A DNA stretch of 64,000 nucleotides, from NCBI GenBank assembly GCA_037447605.1, contig CM074807.1, positions 1,364,001 to 1,428,000 of the forward strand, in the 5' to 3' direction. The stretch comes from Zygnema circumcarinatum SAG 698-1b (taxonomy: Eukaryota; Plantae; Zygnematophyceae). Made by a program: the position numbers and the translations under genes. Every line of letters begins with the position of its first letter. The first letter of the stretch is position 1. The notes under the pieces are model-generated. The model saw only the letters and a program-made list of their open reading frames with translations, was not told the DNA's origin and did not search any database. Positions 23,994 through 38,304 of this stretch are shown in pieces.

Positions 23994-25051
23994 AGCCCCC
24001 AAGCGATGCTGCCGTTAAATGGCCTCCCCTATTTGCTGATCCAATGTGTAGCTCGCTCGCTTCCAAGGCTCTCATTCATTTTCAACGCTCTCATCGATTC
24101 GATGCACACTTGTACAAGTCAGGTTTCTTTCACTTTTGATTGACTATGGCGGAATTCATCACCAGCGCTCCATCCATTCGTCTCTCCTCGGCCTGAGAAC
24201 GTTATTCGACATAATGAAGGCGATGCTCTCGGAATGTCCAAACAGTACGTTGAACTCGCAGCAAGGCTTTCGTTGGCTTCGTCTTGAAACCGGATTACTG
24301 TATACATCCAGTTTCCCATTTCGATGATTGGCTGGTTCATGGGGCTCTGACGTTGGGCCCACTCGGAGCGAATCTCTACGGTTGTCAAGAGAAAGGATAG
24401 AAACAAAAAAAAAAACGAGATAGTACTCTAGTTGTGTTCCCTTGGAGCAGATTGACTTATTAGCCAAACCATGTAAAGAATCTTTCTCAAAACGACCCTA
24501 TCATGCTCGTCAGCATGAGTTGCTTTCAGGGCCAGTCTTTGTCGGTAGTGGGTTTCTGGATGGAGCACAGATTAGACGGAGGACATGATATCGTCTGTGA
24601 CTTTTCATTAGTTTCTTTGGAACGGCAGGTTTAGGCTTGCTTTCTTTCTTGAGCAAAGCCGATGAAAAAAACCATTTGTTACAGGATTTCTCATGCCATT
24701 GTGCCGCCAGAAGTGCTCCTTGTAATTCATTGTCTCATGGTCTTGAATGCCTACAACACTGCACACGACATTCTCAGAATCGGACATATCCTTGCTGCGT
24801 CTAATACAAGTATCGTTGAAGTGTGACAATGAGCTTGGACTTGGCAACCAACTGATTGATCATTTGGGAGCATGAACGAAAGGTCAAATCGACTACGCAA
24901 GAAAACTCATTATAAAGTTCAGAGCATCCCATCGACACGCAGATTTGCAACGATAAACATCACATGACAAAGCAACGGGTTTTATGAATGGCAACAAACT
25001 TTCGCAATGAAATTTACTGACATGCTCTCCTCCACTGACTTCACCTGTATT

Positions 25052-27116
25052 TTAAGATTTCTTCTGCAATGCACTGGCTTCTCTAAGTCCGTCCCTTAAG
25101 CTGCTGTCTACATCGCTGCCCTTTTTTTTCTCCTGAACGCCATCACCAAAAAGGTCATCGTCGTCTTCCTCGGCAGAGCCCCTACTGTCTTTTTCTTTTT
25201 GACCACTGTCTGTTTCAGCCATTGGGCCGCCGCCTTCCCCAGCTCTGGGAGTAGAACTTGTCTTCTCTTCCTCTCCAACTTCTGGACGAGCTTCAGTCTG
25301 TTGATTAGAACTCCGCGCAGCCATGCCTCCCCATGATCCACCGACAAACGTCGTGGTTGTTTCCCCAAACAATCCTCCATAAAGACCTCCTTTACCTGGA
25401 GACTTCACTCTATTTAAGTACTCTTTTAAGCTGTCTGTCACTCCAGGAGAAGTACTTTTGGGAGAATCAGCTGCGGCAGCAGAAGGCTTCCCTTTTGTTG
25501 GGTCCCTCGGGATAACAGTGGTCTGCACCAAAGAGTCGAACTTGCCAACTAGGCTGCTGCCTTCCTTTACTCCTATGGGCCCTGGTTCTGTGCTCACATC
25601 AGCACCATCAGAAACGCCCACAACAACTGCCAACTCACCCCCACATTCATCTCTGAAGGAGACATGCTTCGCCTCCTTGCTAATTGGACTCCCTGACCCA
25701 ACCGTGGTAGAGCTATCAGGAGTCTTCCTCTTCCGCGAACCAGGCGTTCGAAAGCCTTCTTTCGCACCACCATTACCTCTATCTTCTGCCAAGCTAGGGT
25801 GATCCACTTTCTGATTATTCGGATGAGCCACACCTAGCCGGTTTAGCATCGTGTTGTATGCAAGAACTGCCTCCGCATCCTGCAAATCTGGGGCTGGCGG
25901 CAATTCAATGGGCAGAGGCTTATCTGGAGTAAAGATTGAGGTGTTCTTTACTGCTTTGCGTAACACATACACTCTGGTGGATGCCGCAAACCGCACTGAT
26001 TGACCGGGCTCGAATTCTACAGGCGTCTCCTTTGTAACACGTTCACTGGACACGAAGGTCCCATGCACTGAACCAAGGTCTATCACATACATTCTGCACG
26101 GCGACATAAAAGTAACCACTGTAAGCAAAGCCCAAACCAAAAATGAAGGTTTCGACATGGAAACACTATCAGTATAGTGAGACCCAAGATTATGCCTTTC
26201 AAGGGCAAAGGACTGCAAGTGAGTGGGTTGACACTATTTAAAATACTCCCAGGCCTTCAGACAGGATCCCCAATCTCGATCGCTCGTAAAAAAAGTGGCA
26301 ACGAACATCACTTTTCAACGTAAGAAACCAGTGTCTGCTGATAGTCGTATTTGTGCAGAACTCGTGGTGGTGACGGAAACCACCAAGCATATACATGTGC
26401 ATTAGTCTATATGCGAAACGAGTCCTTCATGTATAGGTGCTTGCACTTCAACTGACAAGCGCTTTATCGTAAAAGCAGACTTTTGTTTTGTCAATTGTCC
26501 GCCTTTGAGACAAATAATTGTAAAAAAAATAAGAAATGGCTTGAAACAGAGGTGCATTTGCTGGCTCAGCCACACCTGCCATTTTTATGGTGCACCAATG
26601 CAGCATGTTGTCGGGACAATGACGGATGATCCAAGACAAAATCACACGTAGCAGCTTGCCGTCCAAAGATGCTGCGCTTTCTTTCCAAGACTATGGTGTC
26701 CACCACATTTCCGTCCTGCCAAGGCCCATTTTTCATCATCAGCTGAGCATGAATTGAACACACCCTTGCTCTCCCTGCCTGCTCACCACAAACAGCCTTG
26801 AATTGTAGTAGTAGAATGTCGGTGAAAAACTCCATACCTTTAGAACCTCTAGAGTATACATCCCTGGCTTGGGATCTGCAGCCCAATCTGGTGGCTGCCA
26901 TGTTGATTGCCCCCCTCCAATCGTCGTTGCATGACTAGCAGGTGTGCTGACAGCTTGCCCGTTAGGCTGTGCCACTGTCGCTGTATTTCTTAAAGGAAGT
27001 GGAGTCGCCATGGATGCATTATGCGCTGCAGGGGTTGCTATAGGCATGGCTTCAACCTTAAATGGCTCAGCTGACTGAGCCTTCTTGAAGCGGTCTAAGC
27101 CTAATCGGTGGGCCAT
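25052..27116 (-). CDS. FHA-domain protein, PP1 regulator NIPP1/PPP1R8-like (plant type), 3 exons
   Basis: GLDRFKKAQ..WQPPDWAADPKPGMYTLEVLK|DG..IFGRQ..CDFVLDHPSLSRQHAALVHHKNG|RMYVIDLGSVHGTFV; RVxF-like KHVSF; EPGPIGVKEGSSLVGKFDSLVQ. Confidence 0.88.
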
Positions 27117-27575
27117 GGCTTCAAGATATGGAGATTCTTCCAAAGTGGACTGAACAGGAGGAGAGATTCGTCTGCTACCTCCTCAGACGCCACCTCCCCC
27201 TTGTCTTTCTGCTTCCTTCAGAAGCCTGCACACCTCCGAAAATTCTTCTTCCTTCTCAAGTGCCAGAGGCGAGCCAAAGCGTCCCGCACTCTCCATCTTG
27301 CTGCGGAGCCGCCATGAAGGCGGCTGCTGCTTCCGGTCGCCATGTCGCGCTGCTTTGGCTCCTTCCAAAGACGAGTCTGCGCGACTCAGCGGCTTCTTTC
27401 TACTGAGGAAGAGCATCTCCGGGAAGGAATTTTTGGGAGTTTGGGTGAGCTTTGGAGAATGGGGAGAGGGCACAGAACATCAGTGTGGCCTGCGAGGAGC
27501 GAGGAGCTGAATTGGAGAAGAAGATGATCGTCTCAATTTGATTGTTGCAGGCAACAAGGGCTGCATCTTTTGGCC

Positions 27576-30500
27576 ATGGATGGCCTCTGCGAGCGAGTGG
27601 CAGAGCTTCAGCCCGGCCTTCCGGAGCCACTTTTGCAGCTTGCAGTGAGCGAGGTTGTGTGTGCATGTCTTTGTTTTCCTATGGGGGAATGCAGAACCTG
27701 GGAGTCAGCTGTTGCGAAAGCAGCGGCTTCGTCGGATGAAATACTGCAGGACTGTATTCAGAATTGTTTTCTGAAACTGAAGGCTGCCTTTTTAGGAGGG
27801 GATGATTTGGCTCCCTTTTTGGAAAAAACTGCTAGAGGGAAGTTAGAGAACTTGCCAAATGCGCTTGAACTTGAGCGATCAGTACCAACGCATTCAAAAG
27901 CTGAACCTAACTTCAGGCATGCACAAACTCAATCAGGAATTCACACTGATGAGCTCTTGGAGAGATCAATTTCTACTCTTTGCTGTGCAATTTGCGAACG
28001 AATTGGCATGACGGGAGAGCTGTTCAGTAAGTCTGAAGCAGTACCTAAGAGAATGCGAATGGATGTTCAAGACTACAGCGTTCCATATGGCTCAGCTGTA
28101 ATATTGGTGGATTGGATGCACTCTAGCTGTTCCGGCAATGAGCACGAGAAGCGACTCTTGGCAGCTCTGGAAGGAGGGTGGGAAACGCTGCAAGCCAACA
28201 AGGAAGGGATGGAAATCACGGGTTCCCTTGACTTTGGTATCAAACGAACAGGTGCCACACTTGAGGAAAAAAAGGCTTCAGGAATTGCAGCATTGGAAAT
28301 TTGGAGGGATGACATCGTCAAGTCTTATTACCGTTCCATTACAGTTTTTAATAACGGAACTCACCCAATAACCCTTCTCGAAGTACGCGCTGTCCCGTTG
28401 ATGGAGGAATCCTTTGCAGTTCATCATGATTTGACCTGCCAGCAAAAAAAATATAAAGTCACAAAGCTGTCTCAGGTGCCTCCGACTTCAGGAGTGTTGC
28501 TTCAACCGGGTACTCAGTATCAGATCACAGTGGTAAACTTTCTCAACGGTCCTGTTTCCCATCGTGCAAGCAAGCTAGTGAACGAGGGACCTGAGGATTT
28601 TCTTGTTCTGTCATTCACAATTTTGTTACTTTCTTTCATGATACACAGTTCAAAGCGAATGCTTGGCAGTCAGTGAAGGCTAAATGGCCCTGATTGAGAC
28701 AGCTTGTAGGCTAAGCACTTGCCATAAGCAGCAAACACCTTGTTTCTCATACAGAAGCCTATTGTATGCCTACGAGCCCAATATGGCTCCTTGGAGCCCT
28801 CCAATTGCTTGGTTCTCGATCTACTTCCCAGACCGGCTTTCATAGTTCTTACATCATGTTCGTATACGGCAAATCAAGCACGAATTGTGCATCAAACTCA
28901 TGTTAATGTGGATAAGCAATAAAAACATATTTGGCCATTTCATCATGTTGTTTTTATCGATCACATTGTCATTTTCATTGTGATCCTGCCGGCCTTGCTC
29001 ACCAATTACCGTGGACAACTGAAGCATTTATTTTTCCACTGCTTGGGTAGTTTCGTATGGTCGCGTATGCAAGTCCAATGTTCGTGTCTAATCTTTCTCT
29101 AACGGTTAACCTACAAACTGTTCCATTTGTCAGATTTCAGAAGTCGATGCAACTACACTAATGAACGGATGTGCTCTTGTGCTTGTGGACCTGCAATCGA
29201 GTACTTTCCTTATCTGAGTGGATGTCAAGTCGCTTTCGTTGGATGTCTAAATTCAATGATCAGACCACCATAGTCCTCCCTTATTCTTCCTTTGATCACT
29301 TTTATTCATCCATCATTTCATCAGTTCTTAGTATCACTCGACCACTTCTTTCCCCCAGTATCCAGCTTGTTCCCTCCTTCCTCTATCCTCGTTATTATCT
29401 GTTCTATTTTTTCCCTACATGTTTCCTCCCTTCCCAAAATCCTTTCGGCTTGTCCCTTTGTTCTAGTCTCTTGTGTACGCCTGCAAGTTGTTACACCTGT
29501 GCCTACTGTATGGCGGGCTGACTTTTCTGAAGGCAACAACGACCTTTTTTAATTTTGCTTATTTAAAAGAGAAGCAACTGTTTGCCTGCAGCATTTAATG
29601 CCGATTACCTGGATTGTTTCTATGATTAGTTGAATTCCAGGATTCTTAGTTGTTTCATGAAGTCCTTTTGACTGTTGCAGGAACTCAAGTGCGGCATTCA
29701 AGATCCGGCTGTCTTACATCAGTGGCTACTCCTCACGTTTGCAAAGGAAGAGCCCTCTAATGAAGTGTTCGTAATAGGGCGTCAAGTGATCGCTGCCGTT
29801 GCTCAAAACGAGCGTGACTTGCACCATTGCTTGAGGTCTGTCCCTATCCTGTAGATGCTCCAATCAACTTGCAGATATTCCATTGCAACTTCATTTCACA
29901 GTAATGAATGTGCTAAACTGAACATGATTTGGGTATCTAGGGCTTGCTTCCGTCCGGGCTGATTCTACGTGTTGCATTGTTTGTCTGACCATCCACTGCA
30001 CGCAAACAAAGGCCATCTCCCAAGCCTTTGTCTTTGCTGCTGCTTGGCCTCCTGGCCTAAGTTATAGCTTGTCTCTACATTCCTTTGTGATGATGCTTTC
30101 TCAAGAGCAATTGGATGGGTGGTGGGGTGATGGGTTCGCGTGGGGTGGGGTGGGTTGGGAGCGGTGTTACCTCACCTTTCCGAACAATGTCAGTACAGAG
30201 GCCAAGCCCTTCTTTCCAGCCAGTCTGTGGAAGCTTTTTGACACTTGTCCTTCTGAGTTTTTTGTAGCTCAGCCTCCCCTTATCCTTCCTTGGATGGAAA
30301 CCTTTCGCCTGCCCACATTTCCTGCTCACCGTTTGTCTGGGCTGCTCTCTGCGTGGTCTGACTCAACTCTGTATCCCTTGGGAGGAGAAAGTTCCATTTC
30401 AGGGGGAATACCTGTTTTTGGTTCGACCCTTGAGGAGGAAACGATAACCATGCCATCTCCTCTTCCTTCTCCACCAACCGCATCTTCTCTCTCTTATCCA

Positions 30501-33500
30501 TCAACCATTCCAGCACCAATGCCACTTCTCATCACCTCTCCACCTTTCTTTTATCCACAAGTTGGCAGTTGGAACCCCAACTTTCCTCAAGTGAGCCAAT
30601 CTGACATTCAGATGCAAGGGCTTCACCTCCCTTTTCAGCAGCGGCAGCAACATATGGCGCAATATCACGTGGCCAATAATGCAATGCAGGCTCAGTCTGC
30701 ACCATCGTCCCTGCTTTCCTCTGCCTACCCAACCGCTCATTCCATGCATCCTGCTAACTATGCGCAACAGTTTCCACCACTCTGGCCAACATTGCCTCAA
30801 CAGTTACCTGCTGCCGGCCTTTATCGTCCCCCCTTCAGTAGTGTCCCCGTGTCGTATCCTGCTCTATCTCCGTTTCCAACTGCTCCTGCTGCCACTTTTC
30901 ATAATTCGCCATGGGGCTTCCCCAAGCCTATGACAAGAACAAACAGCATTCAACCTAACAATTTGCAGAGACACCCTACTTTGACCACGAATGCAGTCGT
31001 GCGTTTTCAAGCTTCATTGCCAATTGTAGGACGTATGCAAGAGGTTGGCAAAAGTTCGCAGGTGTCAGCAGTCTCCAAAGAGTATGGCCCCATAGGAGCC
31101 CAAGGGAAGGATGAGAAAGTTCAACCACCCGCGGCGGTTAAGGGCAGTGCAAGCAGTGGACTGAGCATAGCTGAAAGTGTGTCCGGCTCTCCAGAAGAAG
31201 GGGGGGCAGGCAAGAATGGCGGGTCTAAACGATGCCTTGCAAATGTTGAAGAGCAGTGCACTTGTATCGCCAAGCAACTTCTGCAGGTAGCCGGAACTCC
31301 TGCCCTTTTTTCTCGCAAATAACTGCATGCAAGGAGTGTTTGGTAGCTAGCTCTGGTTACAAGGTGCTGCCATAGTATTTTCACGGATTGGTTCTTATGC
31401 ATGTTCTCTGGAGATGCATACAGCTGGAAAGACTCCTGGCATTGGAAGAGGCGACTATGGAACGAGACATTCGACACTACACCCTCTTCAATGTACACTT
31501 GTCCCTGTGGCGGTTGTCTTGCGGTTATAACTCCAACCTGCGGCTCTTTTGCCTGGAGGTTGGTTGCTGAGAAACCCCAACGAAATGGTTATTCTTCTTC
31601 ATCGCACCTCCTTTCCTTTTCAGCTACATACTGTGTTTTTCATTTTACCAGCAAGCTTGACTTTCTTCTTGTCTCTTCTCTTCTCTTCTATTATGCTTCC
31701 ACAGGTGCCTGGTCTGCCAGAAAATCGACCCTCTGTGTTGCGTGGAGATGTGGTCTATGTACGAGCATCGCGGTTGACCACCATAGAATGTGCCGCCGCT
31801 GTGCATGCTCTGGAGATGCGGCCCATGGCTCGTCTCTTCCTCTCTCTCTCTCCGGACTTTCTGCAGCGGCTCACCGGCACTTCAGACCTCACGGAGGGGA
31901 GTCTCGCTGCAGTGGAGAAGGAGCTGTTCCACGTTCGTTTTTCATTTGATAGGCTACTGATGCGGGTGAGTTGTGAGTTGCGAGGTAGAGTGTATCTTGT
32001 GATGAACCATTTGTCAGATACTCGTGGGGCATGTACGTATATTGCAATGGGAACTCAGGTTCAAGCCCTGTCTACATGTCTCATGTTTTTGCACGGGTTG
32101 GTATACGGGATGGGGTCAGCGCATGCATGCAGCGGTCCTTGCGGCAAGAGGGTCCCCTCTACAGCTGTTGCCTTGCTTGTGTGAACCTAAAAAAATGTTT
32201 GAGGGAGGAGAGAAGAGGAGGAGGAGTAGAGGGAGGAGAAGGAGAGAAGAAGAGAGAAGAGGGAACGGAGAAAGAGGAGGTGGAGGGGAAGGAGTGGAGG
32301 GCGAAGAGGAGGAGGAGGAGCTTGTTTTACCGGAGAGTTTGGACGTGGACTTTTCGGCAGCCGTGCAGGACAAAGAACTCGGGTCAGTTTCTGCTGCACC
32401 GTCATGCTTAACAGTTTCATGGGGCAACTGTTAAGTGTTTGATATTCAAGCATAAGTTTGAGAGCAGAGAGGCAGTGAAACTTTTTCTCGGATGCTTAAA
32501 ATATGGCAGAGCGATGATATGAGAGGGGCGATTATTGGGGAGCAGGGACCACCTATCTTCTATGCCACTGCAATTGGTAAGAACTGCTACTTCCCTCATG
32601 GGGGGGAATGCCTTCAAACACAGGATAGTCATGTTCTATGTTTAGTAACTAATCATGTTTGTACACGTGTCGTGAAATGCATGTGTTGCATGAATGTTTG
32701 CATCCAAGTTAGCGTCAGACGCTGTATTCGCACAGATTGACATTCACTGGACTTGGCTAATAATCATATGACAGGCTAGCAAGTGCAACCTATATGGAAA
32801 TCTCAGATTTTCTTTATGATCATATGAACGATGTCTTGCCGATTGTCTACGACTCAGGTAAATCCGCAACTGAATTCAGAGCAGCAAGAGGCTGTACGGA
32901 ACCTACTTGAGGCAGAGAAGGGTGCGGGGCCGTACATCTTCTTCGGACCCCCTGGCACAGGGAAAACTGTAACGGTGAGAAACGGGAATGCGCAAACCTT
33001 CATTTCCTAACTTTCCCAAAAGATCGCTCTCTTCACGGGGTGCGTGACACTGTGTATGTGAACAAGGAAGCTGGGAATATTCTGGGGATGGAGACCCATC
33101 ACCTACATCATGTGATTTGATGCAGTTTTAGATGTTATCATCCTGATCCTCTGAAGCCCAAGACGAGTCAGTAGCCATATCTTGTTGGGGTTCATTGGCA
33201 TCTTAACAGTTCTCAATTGTGTGTTGAGTGATCATGTAAGTTGGAATGTTTGTATAGGGCTGATTCACCCTTGAGAGTGTGAAGCAGGTTGTAGAGTCAG
33301 CGCTGCAGCTTCTGAGAAGGAATGAATCGTACCGCATTTGCCTCTGTGCTCCTGCCAACTTTGCAGCCGACATTCTTTGCAGGTCTGTCGTGCATTCTGA
33401 GCTCAGCCTTCTTCGTTTTTCTTCAGGGAGATGGGTTGCACAAGCATTTTCCTTCCTAATGAGTAGTTTTTCTCAGGAGTATTCTTGTGGGTGGATGATG

Positions 33501-36500
33501 GACGGTTTCCATTATTTCTATGCGGCTTGCAGAATGTGAATGCTTGGGGTTGCTCGGGTTTGACTGCAGTGGTCTTGCAGATGCCGGAGTGACTCCCTCG
33601 GAAATGTGGAGATTAAACGATCCACGAAGAATGCCTGCATCAGTTAAGGACGATGTCATCGGGTGCGTCCAGATAGTTCTGTAAACTGCATATGTTGCAT
33701 TTGTTTTGGCTCTGATAACCTCAGGTCAAATTGTTGATCAATTTGATTGTAGATCAAGAAGATCTGAAAACCCTAAAAACCGTAAAAACCCTAAAAACCC
33801 TAAAAACCCTAAAACAATTAAGGAGACAGATGAGAGGTTTTGATGGGAGCAGACGAGTCGGAGGACCCGAAAGAAACTTCTGCACGCTGAACAAGGAGCT
33901 GAATTTGTTTGATCTTCATCCCAACCCTCACCAGATCCGAGTAGTCGTCTGCACTTGCGCTGCTTCCTCTCTCCTCCACGAACTGCCTGCTCTTGCGGAG
34001 TTCCGTTTTACCCATATCCTCATCGACGAAGCGGGTCAGGTGCATATTATTATAATAATATGTACCTGATTATAATTATCATATTATTATTTTTATTATT
34101 ATTATTATTATTTTTTTCTTTTATTATTATCAGGTGCATGCCTGTCCCTTCTGCTACTCCTCCTCGAGCCCAACATCTTTCACCGGCAGAAATCCTAGCC
34201 ATGGTTGGAGGTGGTATACCGCAAACCTGGATGCTGAATCTATTACCGTGATGTTTCGATTCTGTGTAAAATACAGTATATGTATTCATGCTTTAGAAAA
34301 CATCAAAACTAATCAATAACTCATCATCATCGTCCATGATGTGCAGGCACTCATTCCGGAAACTCTCATTCCTTTCACTCTCGCTCAGCCGGAGACAAAG
34401 CTGCTTCTCTGCGGCGACCCGCAGCAGCTTGGCCCCGTGGTGCGCTTAACTGCCCTTCACTGTGGGGTTAATGTTACTAGAAAAGTGAGGAAGTCAGAAA
34501 GGACAAGTACGCTCGCCTAGGGTTCATGGCTTTGCATGTGCTTGTGTGAAATCAGTCCTGAATCTCCAAACAACTTTCGGGAACTGCAAGGGGAATTCTT
34601 GTCGAATTCTTCTATAAATTGATGTTGCTACTCTTTCCGGCGGGTCTTGCAGGTCCATTCAGCTATGGCTGGAAATTTTGGCTTTTCCCAGTCTTTGCTG
34701 GAAAGGTTCATGCACGCACCGCGGTATCAAACGCAGAAGAATGGACTCGTTACCAAGCTTTTGCGAAACTATCGTTCCCATGCCAAGGTGTGCCCGAGCC
34801 CTTATAACCTCCCCCCCACTCCATGCTCAGAGTCTCTGGTTTGTAAACGTAGCTCTAAATGAAAGATCTGCTTTCACTCCTTTACTTGATAGTCAATAGA
34901 CAACTCGAGTTTAACAAATTTAAGTGTGTGTGCAAACGCTTCAGTGTGTGCTTTTTGTTCTGGAAAGATGAAGTTAGCCAGCAGCACCTCGGTGGCTATC
35001 AAATAAGAAAGTTTAGTCCACATTAGTCAGGAGGCCATTCACAATATTGTTTAGCTGAAAAAGCCCATCAGGGATGGAACTGCAGAGGAAGTTGCTCCTT
35101 CTCTGAGTCATAATGCAGTGATGTTTGGTAGTTTACTAGTCTTTGTGGTATTTTGCCAGAGGACTGAGGCATGTTTAGCAAAGATGGGTAACAAATAACG
35201 GTTTGTTTGCGGCATTGCAGCTCTTAGAGCTTCCATCACGCCTCTTCTACAAAGGGGAGTTGATTGCAAAAGCTAAGGTGCTCTCAATTCACTCCCAAGG
35301 GAACAATCGGTCAAATATGTTCAATCTGCACTTTCTTTCTGGCAATCATTCGTTTTTCTTTGGTCATTCAACTTGGACGAAACGTAGACGATGCTTGCGA
35401 AGGTGATGACTACTTTTCCAATCATAAGTAATCGAAGCAGATCGCTGTAAAAACGTCTCTGTGTCTGCTTCCCCGTTTTGTATCGTCATTCTTCACTTGT
35501 CAAGCGTAGGCTTGGGGGTGAAGTTATGTGGTACGGCCTGAATGCGTGAATGGATGTCAAACCTCACCGACAGCTCAGTTTTCCTTTCAGGAGGAGGATG
35601 TTGCTCCCCCAGTGGGGTGGGAGGAGCTGAGTGGGAGAGACTTCCCTATGCTCTTTTACGGAGTGAAAGGGCAGCAGATGCGTGAGGGGGAGTCTCCTTC
35701 CCTCTTCAATCCCGGTAATGGACTGTTTGTATGGCAGAGCATCCAGTGGTCCTCTCGCCATCCCTGCCATTGGTCCCCTCACACTATTGTCTCGGGGAGT
35801 GGTGAGGGAAATGGAGACAAGTGTGTGTGAAGACATTGAAGAGGGAAAGATTTCCCACATTCTATTGTCTCCTGTGGACATTTCCTTACTCCCTTTGTCT
35901 CGGGTGTGAACACGAACACAGTTGAAGCGACGCGATTGGTGGAGCTGCTGGTGGGCCTCTTGGAGCACCGCCACGTGGTTCCAACCGACATTGGGGTAAT
36001 GGCACCATACAGGACGCAGGTGGGTGGGCCAAAACTCTCTTCCGAAAGTGTAGATATGATGTATCTGTTTTACTAGAACACTCTGAAGGCTGTTCAAGAT
36101 CGAAAGGTCTTGCAAAATGAAAAATTGCAAGAATGCACATGAGATGTTTGTCCATCCTCGATTCGGTGAAGGAGGCAACTTGCTATTGGGAAGATGCAGG
36201 TTCAAAAGCTGCGACTCCTTCTGCGAGATCGGAACCTTGCGTCAGTCCGTGTGGGCACTGTAGACGACTACCAGGTATGTGCATTGTCGGTTGTCTTATT
36301 CTTGTTGTTAGGGCTTCCTCTCGCACTTTTTTGAAAAGGGGTCCCTCAATGTCTCCAGGACGTATTTCATACCGATGGGCTGCTTGACCTTATCACGTGG
36401 CAAATACTGTTTCTTGAATCTGCGAGGAGTGAGTGACAGATATCAATCACACTCACAGCGAATAACTGGAAGCAAGGAGTGCAAGTTTTTGTGTCTTGCC

Positions 36501-37261
36501 TTTGCTGAGGAGGTGGAACGGTTGAGCCCCCCCTGCTGACTGGTTGGAGAGATGAATGGTGAGGTGCAGGGGCAGGAGGAGAAGGTGATCTTCATCTCTA
36601 CAGTGCTCACTCGTCCACAAACAACAACAAGAGGGGGGGCAAGAGAGGGCGCTGCGGACTCTCACATTGGACTGCTCGGGAATGCCAAACGCTTTAACGT
36701 CGCTATAACTCGCGCCAAGGTGCTGTCACTTCTTTCCTTTGCCAGCTTGGTTGTAGTTTCCACATGCAAATGCAAACTAGCTGGCGAAACCAATGACTTC
36801 CATTCGTCATATTTGAGTAGGCCCTGCAACAACACGGCACCTAAATCATCTCTATTGCCGGTCGGTTGCAGGCGCTGCTTGTGGTTGTGGGCCACCCCCT
36901 TGTTCTCTTGGAGGACCCCAACTGGCAGGAGCTGCTCAAATACTGCCTTGCCAGAGATGCATATCGAGGGGCCGGCAGTGAAGCTGTGCCTCGATACTTG
37001 CCAGCAAATGGAATGAAAGGACAAGATTGGACAGAGGAATCGGAGAGTCCGAGAGACTTCGAGAAAATGAGTGGCGAAGGGGAGGAGGAGGAGGAGGAGG
37101 AGGTGTGGGGAGCGGAAGATGACGAGATCAGACTCGCTGTGGAGAGGATGGCGGAGCTCTCTCTCCTGGGGATGGGGGACCAAAACCGGCTGTTCCCGGA
37201 AAGTCTGGCAGACATGTACTCTGCTTATGGCGATGAGATGGAGTGGAGGGTTGCTCTGTAG
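27576..37261 (+). CDS. UPF1-like SF1 RNA helicase, MOV10/SDE3/Armitage family (about 20 exons)
   Basis: [15 protein letters not shown]; [20 protein letters not shown] (about 32860-32975); [11 protein letters not shown]; [11 protein letters not shown]; [10 protein letters not shown]; SLLERF..LRNYRSH; SPSLFNP; [11 protein letters not shown]; VGTVDDYQ|[12 protein letters not shown]; [11 protein letters not shown]. The N-terminal exon boundaries are less certain. Confidence 0.88.
33767..33814. repeat. Interstitial telomere-like array (CCCTAAAAA)x5 in a helicase intron
   Basis: aaaaccctaaaaaccgtaaaaaccctaaaaaccctaaaaaccctaaaa. Confidence 0.85.
34045..34130. repeat. Degenerate (ATT)n microsatellite, intronic
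   Basis: Directly visible ATT/TTA runs. Confidence 0.8.
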
Positions 37262-38304
37262 CTGCCGAGGGCGTCTGGGTGGAAGGGTGGGGGGCTTTGT
37301 ACATTTTGTTCTTGTTTCAAAAGAAAAGCTGTAGGATTTTACATTGTTTCTTGTTCTTATTTCATAGTTGTTATCCGAATAATGAAGGGTGAGGAGTCAG
37401 GCGGCGTTGGATACAGGGCGAGGAAGAAGAGGCAGGGCTTGAACGCTGTTTCGGATAACTGTCCTTTTCTGTTTCTGTGAATGAGTGGGAGAGGAGAGAG
37501 AGGCCATGGCCTCATGTTGTTGTCCTCTTAATGCCCGTATGTATGAGGTACGGCGGTGGTTCATGGCAAAGTGGGGGTGAGTCTAGGGGCTAATTCTTTC
37601 CTCTGAGAAGTTCAAATTTATTCTTTCTCTGCGCACGTCTACCCAGATTGTATTAGAGGGCATGTTTGTTTCTCAAATTTTAAGCTTTGAGAAACAACTT
37701 CTCTTGGTTTGAGCATTTTTTTGCCTAAAAAAAAGTTGAGCTGAAATGACCAAACCAACCTTTCTCGCCCATTGCCGGCTCCCAACGGTCATATTCGCGT
37801 ACTGTATCGAGGCGACTTCCCCATCTACCGGACGATACCGTTCTATGTCCTCCCCAAAACTGGAAATCCAAAACATCCGTTCGACTACCTCACTATCTGC
37901 CGAATTCACCATCCTCCGAAATCCCAAAAATCCGGATTACTTATTTTACCACTCTCTTCGCCCTCAATGAGTGGTCCACGTCATTACTTGCACATGTCAC
38001 CACCCTCTTCCATTGGCCCTTTTCCCCCCACACGTGCGCCCACTGCCGTGCCGCGTGGCCGCATCTGGAGCGTCCGCGATCGCGCCCTCACACGATTGGT
38101 CGTGCAGATTTCGCTATCCACATTCCCTTTTACACCCGTCACGTTGCGTCACGGGTCGTCATGTCTCGTCACGTCACGGCTGAGTTTGAAGACGACAGTG
38201 GGCCGTCGCCAGGCGGCGACGTCGCTCCGCCTCTCATTCTCTGTGTCGCTCTCTCTCTATCTCTCGCCGCCTCCGATCTCTGAAGGCTCCAGAGGCCGAT
38301 CGCC

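Noticed and set aside
30069-30193. GW/WG-rich peptide ([15 protein letters not shown]) as an Argonaute hook in the helicase
   Set aside because: It lies upstream of the phase-compatible acceptor at about 30193, so it is most likely intronic read-through of the ORF track.
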